Of a DNA stretch of 64,000 nt, positions 49,702-59,870 are shown piece after piece. Made by a program: the position numbers and the translations under genes. Position 1 is the first letter of the stretch. Each line of letters begins with the position of its first letter. The DNA comes from Candidatus Bathyarchaeia archaeon. GTDB lineage: Archaea; Thermoproteota; Bathyarchaeia; Bathyarchaeales; Bathycorpusculaceae. Below the pieces are notes generated by a model, which did no database searches, had not been told where the DNA came from, and was given only the letters and a program-made list of their open reading frames with translations. The stretch lies in the NCBI GenBank assembly GCA_049521795.1, contig JBEKOM010000011.1, positions 1 through 64,000 of the forward strand, given 5' to 3'.

Positions 49702-51276
49702 CTATGTTGCTTCTTTGATGAGTTCGAGGATGTCTTTCACGGCAATCTTGTTTTCGACGTCCAGCACTTTGACAGCGTCTTCGAGAGTTGTCACGCAGTA
49801 GGGACATGCAACGGCCACGGTGTCAACGCCGAGTTCAAGGGCTTCATGAAGTCTGTTCGTGCTTGGCCTCTTCTCTGTCACCGCGTCTTCTGTCCAGACT
49901 CTGCCTGCTCCTCCGCCGCAGCAGAAGCTACTCTGTCTTGTTCTCTTCATCTCAACAAGCTTGATACCGTTTATTGACTGCAAGATCTGTCTCGGCGCGT
50001 CGAACACGTCGTTGCGCTTGCCTAAGAAGCATGGGTCATGGTAGGCAACGGTTTTCTTCACTGGCTTGCCGAGTTTGATTTTGCCGCTGCTTAATGCCTC
50101 GGCCAAGAATTGTGTGTAATGCTGAACGTTGAAGTTGGCGTCTTTGTATGGTTTGTCATTCTTGAAGGTGTTGTAGCAGTGCGGCGACAGCGTCACAATC
50201 TTTCCAGCGTCGAACTTCTTGAACATGGAGACGTTATGTTCGGCCAGTTCTTCGAAAAGTCCTTTCTCGCCCATTCTCAGCATGTGGTCTCCGCAGCACC
50301 ACTCTTCGGCGCCCAGTGTTGCGAAGGACACGTCCATACTGTTAAACACTGCGGCCATGTTTCTAGCGGCTTCTTGGTTCCTCATGTCATACACGTTTGA
50401 GCAACAAACGAAGAAGAGCACGTCCGCTTTCGTGACTGTTGGGTAAGTTCTTACGTTCAGGTCTTTTGCCCAGTCCATTCTTTTTGCCTGCGGCGTGCTC
50501 ATTGGGTTGTGGTATTTGTAGACGCTCTCAAGCACGTCTTTGACGGTTCTGGGTATGTTGCTGCCTTCTACGAGAAGGCTGTGGTCGTCGACTATCGCGT
50601 CGGCGCAGCTTAGTTTCTTTGGGCAGAAAAGCGTGCATGAATTGCACTGAGTGCACAGCCACACATTGTCTGCCATCGGCTTCAACCGTTCATCCGCGCC
50701 TTGATCCCTTGAATCTGCTACAAACCGGTAATTCGACGTCAAAGCCGAAGGGCCCAAGAATTTCTCGTCTATGATCGCCGGGCATGCAGAGTTGCAGATG
50801 GAACATTTTATGCAGAGCGTTAAGTCCCAGTACTTCTTGAGGTCGGCCGGAGACTGGACAAATTCGATTGGTTTTTTCAGCTCGTCTCCAGGTTTGATTA
50901 GGTAAGGCTTTATCCTCTTGTACGTGTCGAAGAAAGGCTGCATATCGACTACCAGGTCTTTTATGACCGGTGCGTTCGAGAGCGGCTCGATGAGTAACGA
51001 GTCTGAACCGAGATCGAGAATCTGCGTGTAGCATGCCAGCATAGGTTTTCCGTTGACGTTGATGGCGCAGTCTCCGCATATGCCCATTCTGCACGACTGC
51101 CTAAAAGTGAGTGATTCGTCCAGATTGTCCTTGATGTAGAGAAGAGCGTCCAGCAGTGTTGTTCCTTTTCGAACTGGAACCTTGAACGTTGAAGTGTACC
51201 TTCTCTTTTGCGTAGGGTCAAAACGGTTTATCTTGAACTCGACGGTTTTCTCAACATGTGTGCTCATCAAACTCAC
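49702..51276 (-). CDS. tfrB: Fumarate reductase Fe-S subunit fused to two CCG domains (TfrB/HdrD-like)
   Basis: SCRMGICGDC (2Fe-2S), CIKCSICNSAC, CTQCNSCTLFC, EWCCG, YHDPC, FCCGGG, ACPYC. Confidence 0.8.
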   Translation of the reverse strand: MSLMSTHVEKTVEFKINRFDPTQKRRYTSTFKVPVRKGTTLLDALLYIKDNLDESLTFRQSCRMGICGDCAINVNGKPMLACYTQILDLGSDSLLIEPLSNAPVIKDLVVDMQPFFDTYKRIKPYLIKPGDELKKPIEFVQSPADLKKYWDLTLCIKCSICNSACPAIIDEKFLGPSALTSNYRFVADSRDQGADERLKPMADNVWLCTQCNSCTLFCPKKLSCADAIVDDHSLLVEGSNIPRTVKDVLESVYKYHNPMSTPQAKRMDWAKDLNVRTYPTVTKADVLFFVCCSNVYDMRNQEAARNMAAVFNSMDVSFATLGAEEWCCGDHMLRMGEKGLFEELAEHNVSMFKKFDAGKIVTLSPHCYNTFKNDKPYKDANFNVQHYTQFLAEALSSGKIKLGKPVKKTVAYHDPCFLGKRNDVFDAPRQILQSINGIKLVEMKRTRQSSFCCGGGAGRVWTEDAVTEKRPSTNRLHEALELGVDTVAVACPYCVTTLEDAVKVLDVENKIAVKDILELIKEAT

Positions 51277-51280
51277 CCTT

Positions 51281-52990
51281 CTAATAGGTTCTGGCCGCGG
51301 GCAGCCACCTTGTGATCGTCACTGGCGAGTACTCTAGTCTCGGCCCGTCTTTCGTGTAATAAGCCAATGTGTGTTTCAGCCATTTTTCGTCGTCACGTTT
51401 CGGATAATCAGTTCTCGAGTGGGCTCCGCGCGACTCGTTTCTCGGAAGCGCTCCGACAAAAGTGACCTCAGCTAGGTCTAGCATGAAATCCAGCTGCAAG
51501 GCATTCAGCATGCCAGTGTTGAAGGGTCTGCCCTTGTCTTTGACCCTTATTTTTTTGAATCTGTTCTTCAGCTGTCTTATTTCTTTCAGGCCGCTTTCAA
51601 GCTGGTCGCCTCTTCGGTAGATCCAGGCTTTCTCATTCATCGTGCGCCTCATCTCATCCCTGATTTTGGGCACACTTTCACCGCCCTCGCTTCCCAGTAT
51701 CCCGTCAAAAACCCGCTTCTCTTCTGCTATGAGTCTTTCGTGTTGAATCTCGTGCACACCGTTCTTAAGAGCGTGCTTGGCGGCTTCTTCGCCTGACACG
51801 GCTCCGAAAACTAGACATTCGCTTGTTGAGTTTGTTCCCAGCCTGTTTGCTCCGTGTATGCTCAGACAGGAGCATTCTCCGGAAGCGTACAATCCAGAAA
51901 TCGGCGTTTCAGCTCTTACGTTGGCTTTGATTCCTCCCATCGAGTAATGAGCCGCGGGCCTGATGGGGATCAGCTCCTTTACAGGGTCTACGCCGCCGAG
52001 TTTCATTGCAACGTCCCGGATCAGCGGCAATCTCAGGTTGATTTTTTCTTCACCCAAGTGTCTCAGGTCTATGGCTATGTAGGGCCCGTAAGGTCCTTGC
52101 AGACCTCTTCCTTCCAGGATTTCCGTCTGTTCAGCCCTTGAGACTACGTCGCGTGGGGCAAGCTCCATCTTCTCCGGCGCATAACGTTTCATGAAACGCT
52201 CGCCTTTGGCGTTAACCAAGTAACCTCCTTCGCCACGAGCACCTTCGGTTATCAGCACGCCGGGGGGAACCAGCCCCGTCGGATGAAATTGCACAAATTC
52301 CATGTCTTCCAGTGGTGCTCCGGCACGGTAGGCCATTGCCATTCCGTCGCCGGTCGTTGTGTGTGAAAAAGTGGTGAACTCGTAGATGCGCTCGTGACCT
52401 CCGGTTGCCATCACGATCGATTTAGCACTGAACGCATGCATTTCCCCACTTTTCATTTCTATGGCAGTTAACCCTGTTGCCCTGTCGTTCTCGACTATGA
52501 GCGACGTGGCGAACCACTCGTCGTAGAACTTGATGTTTGGGTATGATGTTGCTTTTCCGTACAACGCGTGCATCTCATGGAATCCAGTCATGTCCGCTGC
52601 AAAGCATGCTCTTGGAAACGTGTGACCGCCGAAAGCTCTTTGGTCTATCTTTCCGTCTGGGGTTCGGCTCCAGGGGCATCCCCAGTGTTCAGTGAGAACT
52701 ATTTCTCTTGGAGCCCTTTTTACGAAGAATTCTACGACGTCTTGGTCTGCCAGGTAATCCGCACCTTTCACCGTGTCGAAAGCGTGCTGTTCAAACGAGT
52801 CTTTTTCACGCATCGCCGCTGCGGTTCCACCCTGCGCGCACACCGAGTGTGAACGTATCGGGTGGTGCTTTGAGATTACGGCTATGTCCAGTTTGTCGCT
52901 GACGTCCGCGGCGGCCACTGCGGCTCTGAGACCGGCTAGGCCGGCTCCGATTATGGCTACATCATGAGTGAATTTTTCCATGCCGTTCAC
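51281..52990 (-). CDS. Succinate dehydrogenase/fumarate reductase flavoprotein (SdhA/FrdA/TfrA)
   Basis: GAGLAG, RSHSVCAQGG, QFHPT, TEGARGEG, HYSMGG, HGANRLG, ESRGAH. Confidence 0.95.
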   Translation of the reverse strand: MNGMEKFTHDVAIIGAGLAGLRAAVAAADVSDKLDIAVISKHHPIRSHSVCAQGGTAAAMREKDSFEQHAFDTVKGADYLADQDVVEFFVKRAPREIVLTEHWGCPWSRTPDGKIDQRAFGGHTFPRACFAADMTGFHEMHALYGKATSYPNIKFYDEWFATSLIVENDRATGLTAIEMKSGEMHAFSAKSIVMATGGHERIYEFTTFSHTTTGDGMAMAYRAGAPLEDMEFVQFHPTGLVPPGVLITEGARGEGGYLVNAKGERFMKRYAPEKMELAPRDVVSRAEQTEILEGRGLQGPYGPYIAIDLRHLGEEKINLRLPLIRDVAMKLGGVDPVKELIPIRPAAHYSMGGIKANVRAETPISGLYASGECSCLSIHGANRLGTNSTSECLVFGAVSGEEAAKHALKNGVHEIQHERLIAEEKRVFDGILGSEGGESVPKIRDEMRRTMNEKAWIYRRGDQLESGLKEIRQLKNRFKKIRVKDKGRPFNTGMLNALQLDFMLDLAEVTFVGALPRNESRGAHSRTDYPKRDDEKWLKHTLAYYTKDGPRLEYSPVTITRWLPAARTY

Positions 52991-53089
52991 CTGATTGGCA
53001 AGTATTTAGGGATAAGGTAGACTTGTTACCTTTGCTTTATAGTTTTCCAAACCCGGTTCTGTTAACTCTTCGGGGTCTAAAGGAGTTTG

Positions 53090-55657
53090 TTAACTGGCGG
53101 GGCTTTTTCTCCTACCATCCGCGTTGTTGCGAGAGACCTTTTCGTGATTTTTGTTGTTGAAATGCGCATGTCTCATGTGGACAAAGGAGTGCCTGCCTGC
53201 TGGGTGTCTCATCAGGTATTTGACGGTTTCAACGATTAACAGCATGCCAAAACCGACGCTGAATACTAATATCCAATCGTTAAGGTGCAGTGGTACGACG
53301 CCTAAGATGTTGTTCAGAGCAGGAATATAGAGAGCTAAGAGTTGCTGGGAGAAACCTAGACCGACTGTGCCGAAGAGCCACTTATTTGTGAAGAAGTTGC
53401 CTGATTTGGCCAGGGAGTGCCTAAGGCTGCGGTAGGCGAAAATGTATATCAACTCTTGTACGGCTAGGACTGTAAACACTATGGTTCTGCCTGATTCTAT
53501 GTCGTGGTAGATTTGCCAGAAAGACCAGAACAGAATTAGAGAACACGCTGCAGAGATGAGGCTTATAGCGAGAATCAAGGTTTTGGCCCAGTTATCCAGA
53601 ATGTTCTCTTTCATGCTCTTTGGTTTCTCATTCATTACGCCTGCTTCTCCTTTTTCGAAGCCGAGGACAATGTCAGACGGGCCATCACATATTAGGTGGA
53701 CCCACAGGATCTGCGGGACTGTCAATGGGGCTGGCCAGCCTAGAATCATAGCGCCGAAGATTGTGAAGATCTCGGCGAATGAGTTGGAAAGAACGTAGGC
53801 TACGACTTTCTTTATGTTGTCGAAGACTATTCTTCCTTCTTCAACCGTGTCTACAAGCGTCTGGAAATTATTGTCCAGAAGGATTAAGCTAGCTGTTTCC
53901 TTTGCTACGTCGGTAGCGTTTCCAACTGAGACTCCGATGTTTGCTTTCTTGAGAGCCGGCGCGTCGTTCACGCCATCTCCGATCATTGCCGTTACTTCGG
54001 AGCGTTTCTGAAGGGCATTGACAATTTTCAGCTTATGGTGTGGCGCGACGCGGCAAAACAGTACAACATCATCCACAATCTTCGCGAGATCCGACTCGCT
54101 CATGGTTTCAAGCTCTTTGCCTTCAAGAATCTGGTTTGAATTGACAGAAAGACCGATTGCAGCAGCTACCTTCTGCGCTGTGCCGCGGTAATCTCCAGTC
54201 ACTACTTTCACTTTGATTCCAGCCTTGTGACAAAGGGCCACAGCGTCTTTGACGCTCGGTCTTATTGGATCTTCGATTCCGACAAGTCCGAGCCACTCGA
54301 AATCCTTCAATTCTCTGCGTTGTCCATCTCGTTTGTATGCTAGAGCGAGGACCTTCAAGCCTGAGTTAGCCCACTCTGTGAATTCACCGATTGCTTCCTT
54401 CTTTTCTTTCTGTGACACCGAACAGAAGTCCAGAACTATTTCAGGTGCTCCCTTCAGGAGTGCAACTTCAGCTCCTTCTATGACGTTGACCGTCAACATG
54501 TGCTTTCTTTCACTTGAAAACGGCACTTCGTGAGTGCGCTTACATTTTTCGGAGAGCGCTTGAGGATCTACGCCCATGACTTTCGTCCTATTCCACATAG
54601 ACACTTCCAAAGAGTCTGCAAGATCATTGCACAATGCCATCACGTGCACTGCCATCTTCTCGTTGCGAAAATCGGTTCGCACAACTTGCATGATTCCTTC
54701 GGTAAGGGTTCCTGTTTTGTCAGTACAAATGACGGTTACAGAGCCAAGTGTCTCCACGGCCAATAGCTTTTTGACGAGACCTCTCCGGTGCAGGATGGCT
54801 CTCATGCCAATGACAAGAATCATTGTGACAGCAATTGGCAACCCTTCGGGTATGGCGGCAATGGCCAAGACCACCGCTACCTTGACCATCTGTAAGAAGT
54901 CGATTCCTGAGAGCAGCCCGATGCCAAGAATTACAGCACTTATGACTATTACGATGTAGGTTAAGGAGCGACCGAAGCCTTCAAGTCTCATTTGCAAGGG
55001 TGTAGGTCCTTCTTTCATCTCGGACAACGAATCGGCGATCTTTCCGAGTTCGGTTGATATTCCTGTTGCAGTGACTTTCACGAGACCTCTGCCGGAAACT
55101 GCAGTTGTTCCCATGTAGACAGGGTCGCTGACATCTTTGACCACGGGCTCGCTTTCACCAGTCAAGATGGCTTCATTGATGTTCAGGTTTACAGCTTCAA
55201 TGAGCTCGCCATCCGCAGCTATTTTGTCGCCATCGTTCAGAGCTATTACATCGCCGGGCACAATTTCCGAGGCATCTATTTCGGCCAATTGTCCGTCTCT
55301 GATCACCCTTGCAGTGGGCTTCAGTAAGTGCCTAAGAGCTACGACGGCTTTCTCAGCTCTGTGTTCTTGAAAGAAGCCAACGACAGTGTCTAGGAGAATT
55401 ACGATTGCTATTATCAATGCATCGTTGTAATCTTTGAGAATAACGGATATGATGGCGGCGGCTGTGATTACATAGATCAGCGGGTTTTTGAACTGCGACA
55501 AATAGATGGTGAGAGCACTTCGGCCTTCTTTCTGGGGGAGCCTGTTCAAGCCAAAGCTTTTCTTCAGTTCCTGCACTTGCGAACTTTGCAGTCCTTTCCT
55601 TTGGAGGTTTTCGCCAGAGTCTGCTTCATGCAAGAATCTCAATCTTTCCTCCGGCAA
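53090..55657 (-). CDS. P-type (IIA, Ca2+-like) cation-transporting ATPase
   Basis: TGES, IPEGLP, DKTGTLT, KGAPE, TGD, GDGVND. Confidence 0.95.
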   Translation of the reverse strand: MPEERLRFLHEADSGENLQRKGLQSSQVQELKKSFGLNRLPQKEGRSALTIYLSQFKNPLIYVITAAAIISVILKDYNDALIIAIVILLDTVVGFFQEHRAEKAVVALRHLLKPTARVIRDGQLAEIDASEIVPGDVIALNDGDKIAADGELIEAVNLNINEAILTGESEPVVKDVSDPVYMGTTAVSGRGLVKVTATGISTELGKIADSLSEMKEGPTPLQMRLEGFGRSLTYIVIVISAVILGIGLLSGIDFLQMVKVAVVLAIAAIPEGLPIAVTMILVIGMRAILHRRGLVKKLLAVETLGSVTVICTDKTGTLTEGIMQVVRTDFRNEKMAVHVMALCNDLADSLEVSMWNRTKVMGVDPQALSEKCKRTHEVPFSSERKHMLTVNVIEGAEVALLKGAPEIVLDFCSVSQKEKKEAIGEFTEWANSGLKVLALAYKRDGQRRELKDFEWLGLVGIEDPIRPSVKDAVALCHKAGIKVKVVTGDYRGTAQKVAAAIGLSVNSNQILEGKELETMSESDLAKIVDDVVLFCRVAPHHKLKIVNALQKRSEVTAMIGDGVNDAPALKKANIGVSVGNATDVAKETASLILLDNNFQTLVDTVEEGRIVFDNIKKVVAYVLSNSFAEIFTIFGAMILGWPAPLTVPQILWVHLICDGPSDIVLGFEKGEAGVMNEKPKSMKENILDNWAKTLILAISLISAACSLILFWSFWQIYHDIESGRTIVFTVLAVQELIYIFAYRSLRHSLAKSGNFFTNKWLFGTVGLGFSQQLLALYIPALNNILGVVPLHLNDWILVFSVGFGMLLIVETVKYLMRHPAGRHSFVHMRHAHFNNKNHEKVSRNNADGRRKSPAS

Positions 55658-55955
55658 ATAGACGTAAATGCAATCTTCGATGAAGACCTCCGAACAAGCG
55701 GGGGAGTAACTATTTTTTGGTTGTGCCTTATAGGCGTTGCGCGCGTGCTATGAAAAGAGCAAAACTGGGTTCATCGTTGGCTAAAACCCATACCTTGCTT
55801 AGGGAACTCTAATCCAGTTCATTACAGTGCCGAGTCTCTGAGAGTTGCCAGAACCTTGGACCATAGCCAAAACGTCTTTATTCCTCATTATCGCTTTTTT
55901 GTGCGTTTTACAAGATTTTTATAGTCCCCCGTTTATCCTAGCTTGTGATGGTCTG

Positions 55956-56909
55956 ATGTTTGATGCTGAGAAATTTATAGAGGGCACTGTTGAGGAGTTA
56001 AGACGCAGGATAAAGGGCGTTGCTGTTATCGGCGTTTCCGGCGGCGTTGACTCTACTGTTGCCGCGGTGTTGGTGAACAGGGCGATCGGGAAGAGCCTGC
56101 GGTGTGTTTTGGTCGACACTGGCTACATGAGGAAGAATGAGGTAGCCAACAATCAGAAACTGCTGGAGAAGCTGGGGTTAAACGTACTTGTCGTGGATGT
56201 GAAGGAACGATTTTATGAAAAGCTGAAGGGTGTTGTCGACCCGGAGAAGAAGAGGAAGGTCATAGGTGAGCTTTTCATAAGGGTCTTCGAGGAAGTCGCG
56301 AGGAAAGAGAACGCTAGATTCTTTGTTCAGGGAACGATCGCGCCGGACTGGATAGAAAGTGGAGGGGGACTCAGGGACAGAATCAAGTCTCACCACAACG
56401 TCGGCGGTCTGCCCGAGAAAATAGAGTTTGAAATTGTTGAGCCGCTTAGAGACTTGTACAAGGATGAAGTCAGAATCGTCGGACAGGAGCTGGGGTTGCC
56501 TAAGCATATTTATGAGAGACAGCCTTTCCCAGGCCCCGGGTTGGCCGTAAGAATTCTCGGCGAGGCTGATCCGGACAGTGCGAGAATCGTAAGAGAAGCG
56601 TGCGCCATAGTCGAAGAGGAGATCGAGAACGCCGTAGCGAACAATGAGATGAGCAGGCCCTGGCAATACTTTGCTGTCCTGCTGCCCTGCAAGACCGTTG
56701 GCGTTCACGGCGACGTCAGGGTCTACAGAAGCACAATATCTGTCCGCGCTGTTGAAAGCCTAGACGGGATGAGCGCTGCTTACTCGAAGATTCCTCACCT
56801 AGTGTTGGAGAGAATATCCGTCAGAATAACAAACGCTCTAAAGGATGATGTTGGAAGGGTTGTTTTTGACGTTACGAACAAGCCGCCGGGGACGATCGAG
56901 TATGAATAA
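55956..56909 (+). CDS. guaAB: GMP synthase ATPPase subunit (B)
   Basis: SGGVDS, QGTIAPDWIES, IKSHHNVGG, PFPGPGLA, KPPGTIEYE; ATG at 55956. Confidence 0.95.
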   Translation: MFDAEKFIEGTVEELRRRIKGVAVIGVSGGVDSTVAAVLVNRAIGKSLRCVLVDTGYMRKNEVANNQKLLEKLGLNVLVVDVKERFYEKLKGVVDPEKKRKVIGELFIRVFEEVARKENARFFVQGTIAPDWIESGGGLRDRIKSHHNVGGLPEKIEFEIVEPLRDLYKDEVRIVGQELGLPKHIYERQPFPGPGLAVRILGEADPDSARIVREACAIVEEEIENAVANNEMSRPWQYFAVLLPCKTVGVHGDVRVYRSTISVRAVESLDGMSAAYSKIPHLVLERISVRITNALKDDVGRVVFDVTNKPPGTIEYE

Positions 56910-57477
56910 ACCCGCGAAAATCAACGTTATCGACAACGGCGGACAGTGGACTCACAGGATCTGGAGAGTTCTGCGAGAGATAGGATGCGAAACCAAGATT
57001 ATCCCAAACACGACTCCAGTAAGCGAGATAGACGCGGATGCACTGGTTTTGAGCGGCGGCGCACCGCGAGTCGTCTGGGAATCTCCTAGGCTGGGCAACT
57101 GCACTGACTATTTGAACGAGTTTCACGGTCCCATAATGGGAATATGCGTCGGGCTTCAACTGATGGCCATCCACTGCGGAGGCAAGGCTGGGCCGTCGAA
57201 GGTTCCAGAATACGGGTTGGCCAAGATCAGAGTCATCGAAGAGGATGATCTGTTCAAAGGACTGCCGAAAGAGTTCCTTGTTTGGGAGTCGCACAACGAC
57301 GAGGTCAAAGATGCACCGGGCTTCAAGGTTCTTGCGGTTTCAGAGAACTGCAGTGTCCAAGCTGTTAAACATCTGGAAAGGTCGTATTATGGTGTTCAGT
57401 TCCATCCAGAAGTGAACAACACTGAGCACGGTGAAGAGATTTACAGGAATTTTGTACGCGTAGTCGAAACAAGATGA
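56902..57477 (+). CDS. guaAA: GMP synthase glutamine amidotransferase subunit (A)
   Basis: DNGGQWTH, GICVG, SHNDEV, QFHPE. Confidence 0.93.
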   Translation: MNKPAKINVIDNGGQWTHRIWRVLREIGCETKIIPNTTPVSEIDADALVLSGGAPRVVWESPRLGNCTDYLNEFHGPIMGICVGLQLMAIHCGGKAGPSKVPEYGLAKIRVIEEDDLFKGLPKEFLVWESHNDEVKDAPGFKVLAVSENCSVQAVKHLERSYYGVQFHPEVNNTEHGEEIYRNFVRVVETR

Positions 57478-57638
57478 CGAACGGGGCTCATTCTCTGAGT
57501 TACGTTGCCACGAATTTCGAGAGATGTCCACCTCCACTTGTAGGTGAGTCATAGTATGATTCTTACAGTCTATGATCATGTTTGGGCTTAGCAGGCATTA
57601 TGGGAAATAAAAAGAGGAAGGGATTATGGTGTGCGCGT

Positions 57639-57956
57639 CTAGAATATGGTGGGCATTTCGTCTGCGTGTGCCAAGAGTTCTTTTGTCGGTGTGACGAGGT
57701 GGAAGTCAATTTCCAAAAAGTGCATGAAACCGGCTCTAGCAAGGAAGTCTCTGACGGCCTCTGCATTAGGGGCCTCGAACAGCATGAAGGCCTTATGGTT
57801 TGGGTCAAGATGAATGTCCATCAAGATCTTCACGTTTAGCTGCTTGGCCAGCTTCGGAACTTGTCGGTAAGTTTTCTTGGCAAACTCCCTGACTGCTTTG
57901 TTTGTCATTGGACAATTGTCAGGCGGATGGCTTCCTATTATAGCATATTGCGGCAT
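57639..57956 (-). CDS. Small ferredoxin-like fold protein (DUF3303/GYD-like)
   Basis: MPQYAIIGSHPPDNCP...HKAFMLFEAPNAEAV. Confidence 0.65.
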   Translation of the reverse strand: MPQYAIIGSHPPDNCPMTNKAVREFAKKTYRQVPKLAKQLNVKILMDIHLDPNHKAFMLFEAPNAEAVRDFLARAGFMHFLEIDFHLVTPTKELLAHADEMPTIF

Positions 57957-58334
57957 AACATACCACAATTCAGAATTGCGCTGGTGGCCTTTTTGAGTCT
58001 TGGGACTATTCACGGAAGACGTTTCGTCGTTTTATGTCAAAGCTCTTGGCGCGTGTTGATAGTTACTTCAGGAACGGAATATTTCTTTTCATGCGACCAA
58101 GTGTGCCCATTCAATCGAACTTCTCGATGTCAATGACGCAGGTAACGCCATGTTGCTGTTGACATCGACCGTTAGAAAACTTCAGTAGGGCTTCAGTTTC
58201 AAGTACTCGAGCTAGAACTCATTAATTGCAACGAATTGAAAGGCGCGCACGCAACTTCCAGGCTTCAGCATTGCACGTAGCCGATTTGGAATTCTATTCC
58301 AGCCGTTTTATAATGTGATAGCCGAAAGAAAAGT

Positions 58335-58838
58335 TTGGTTATCAACGCCCATGAGGATCATCCTAAAATACTCGGCGCAACTTCCAGTTTCACCTCGATA
58401 ATGACGATGAACAGAAAATCTCTGTTTATAATATGCTTCGCAATCATCGTGCTTGCATGTCAGCAGAGGGCGGCAATGGCCTTAATTCCCAGTGAGGAAA
58501 TGAGCAGTAGTTCCCAACTTCTGTATGTAACGCGTTTGTCAGACGGTACAGTCGAGAGGCATTATGCTAATGGAACTGTTATGCATGACTATGCCGTAAC
58601 GATGCAGTTTCACACGGTTGAAACATGGACGATGGCAGCCACAACAAGTACGATTATTGTAGAACCGAAGCCTCCAGACACTCCCGATGATGACTCCAAC
58701 CCTTTCAACCACACTGAATTGATATATTCATTCTTGGTTGTTATCGGAGCAGGAACCATTCTAAGTGTATGGGCAAAACAGAAGAAATCATGTCGGTTAC
58801 CAGCGCCGTTGGGCCGCGCTAATGTTGGTCGCCAATAG
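58335..58838 (+). CDS. Hypothetical secreted/membrane protein
   Basis: Signal-like segment and C-terminal TM; start probably at an internal Met. Confidence 0.5.
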   Translation: MVINAHEDHPKILGATSSFTSIMTMNRKSLFIICFAIIVLACQQRAAMALIPSEEMSSSSQLLYVTRLSDGTVERHYANGTVMHDYAVTMQFHTVETWTMAATTSTIIVEPKPPDTPDDDSNPFNHTELIYSFLVVIGAGTILSVWAKQKKSCRLPAPLGRANVGRQ

Positions 58839-58850
58839 GAAGATGAACGC

Positions 58851-59786
58851 ATGATGAAATACAAGAAATGCGCTGCGAAAACGCTTTTGCCCTTGATTTT
58901 TGTGTTAGCATGCATAGTCGTTGCCGGAAGAGCTGTGAATGTAAAAGCATCGAACACGACGCCTTCCCCGCAATTTGACATGATGATGCAGCTCGAAATC
59001 TATTCTATCGACCTCAAGACCGAAACACTGTATAGCTCGTATTATTCATTCACGATGTATACGACCGATCCATCAGTCCAGTGCTTCAGGGTCGCGGTCT
59101 TACAACCCGATATGAACCAAGGACTTGGAATGACAAGCTGGAACTCGTCCGGCGAGCAGCTTGTCAGTGAAAGCATCAGCACTGATCCACAGAAGGTCGC
59201 GGTTCCTTGGCAGTGGCACATGAACCCGATACGCAATGCTGGCCTAGGAACCCCTTTTGACTACTATGAACTTTCCTCTTTGATAGCTGTCAACATGTCA
59301 ACGCATCTGATGATAAACGACGGCACGGTGATTATGCCGGTGTATTTGCGGGGAGATTGGGTTTGGTCCTCAGACATATCGGCTGAGAAACTGGTTTCAG
59401 TTCCGACCAACGAAACATTAAGATCGTGGGGCTTGAGTCCAGAAAGGTTCTATCAATATGGGTGTGAAAACATGCCAGATTTCTACTTGTTCAAGGTGAG
59501 TCTGAGTGCTCCAGCTATGAAAGCATTAAGAATGACTGTTGCATTTCTGCTTCCTTCTCTGGCCCTCCTTGGAGTTCTCTCAGTCACAACATACTATCGG
59601 CGCAGATTGGAAAGGGGGGATTTCTTGGCCATCTTTGTCGGCGCCGGTTTGTTCACATTATCTTTCCTTGTTTCGTTCTATCAATATGCCCCGCCAGATG
59701 TTTTCACCTGGGAAGAGCTGTTACTCATCGTCGATTTCGTCTTCGCAAGTATTCTCGCAGTGTATTCCATAGTCAAGCGAGAGTGA
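58851..59786 (+). CDS. Hypothetical membrane protein (ectodomain plus 3 C-terminal TM)
   Basis: Signal peptide, PFDYY motif, three hydrophobic C-terminal segments. Confidence 0.75.
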   Translation: MMKYKKCAAKTLLPLIFVLACIVVAGRAVNVKASNTTPSPQFDMMMQLEIYSIDLKTETLYSSYYSFTMYTTDPSVQCFRVAVLQPDMNQGLGMTSWNSSGEQLVSESISTDPQKVAVPWQWHMNPIRNAGLGTPFDYYELSSLIAVNMSTHLMINDGTVIMPVYLRGDWVWSSDISAEKLVSVPTNETLRSWGLSPERFYQYGCENMPDFYLFKVSLSAPAMKALRMTVAFLLPSLALLGVLSVTTYYRRRLERGDFLAIFVGAGLFTLSFLVSFYQYAPPDVFTWEELLLIVDFVFASILAVYSIVKRE

Positions 59787-59870
59787 TCGTGCTGTTGCTC
59801 GTATGCGTATACGCATATCATGACCGCGTCGCTCAATCATCTGATAGGTGGTTTGCTGCGAGGTTCAACT

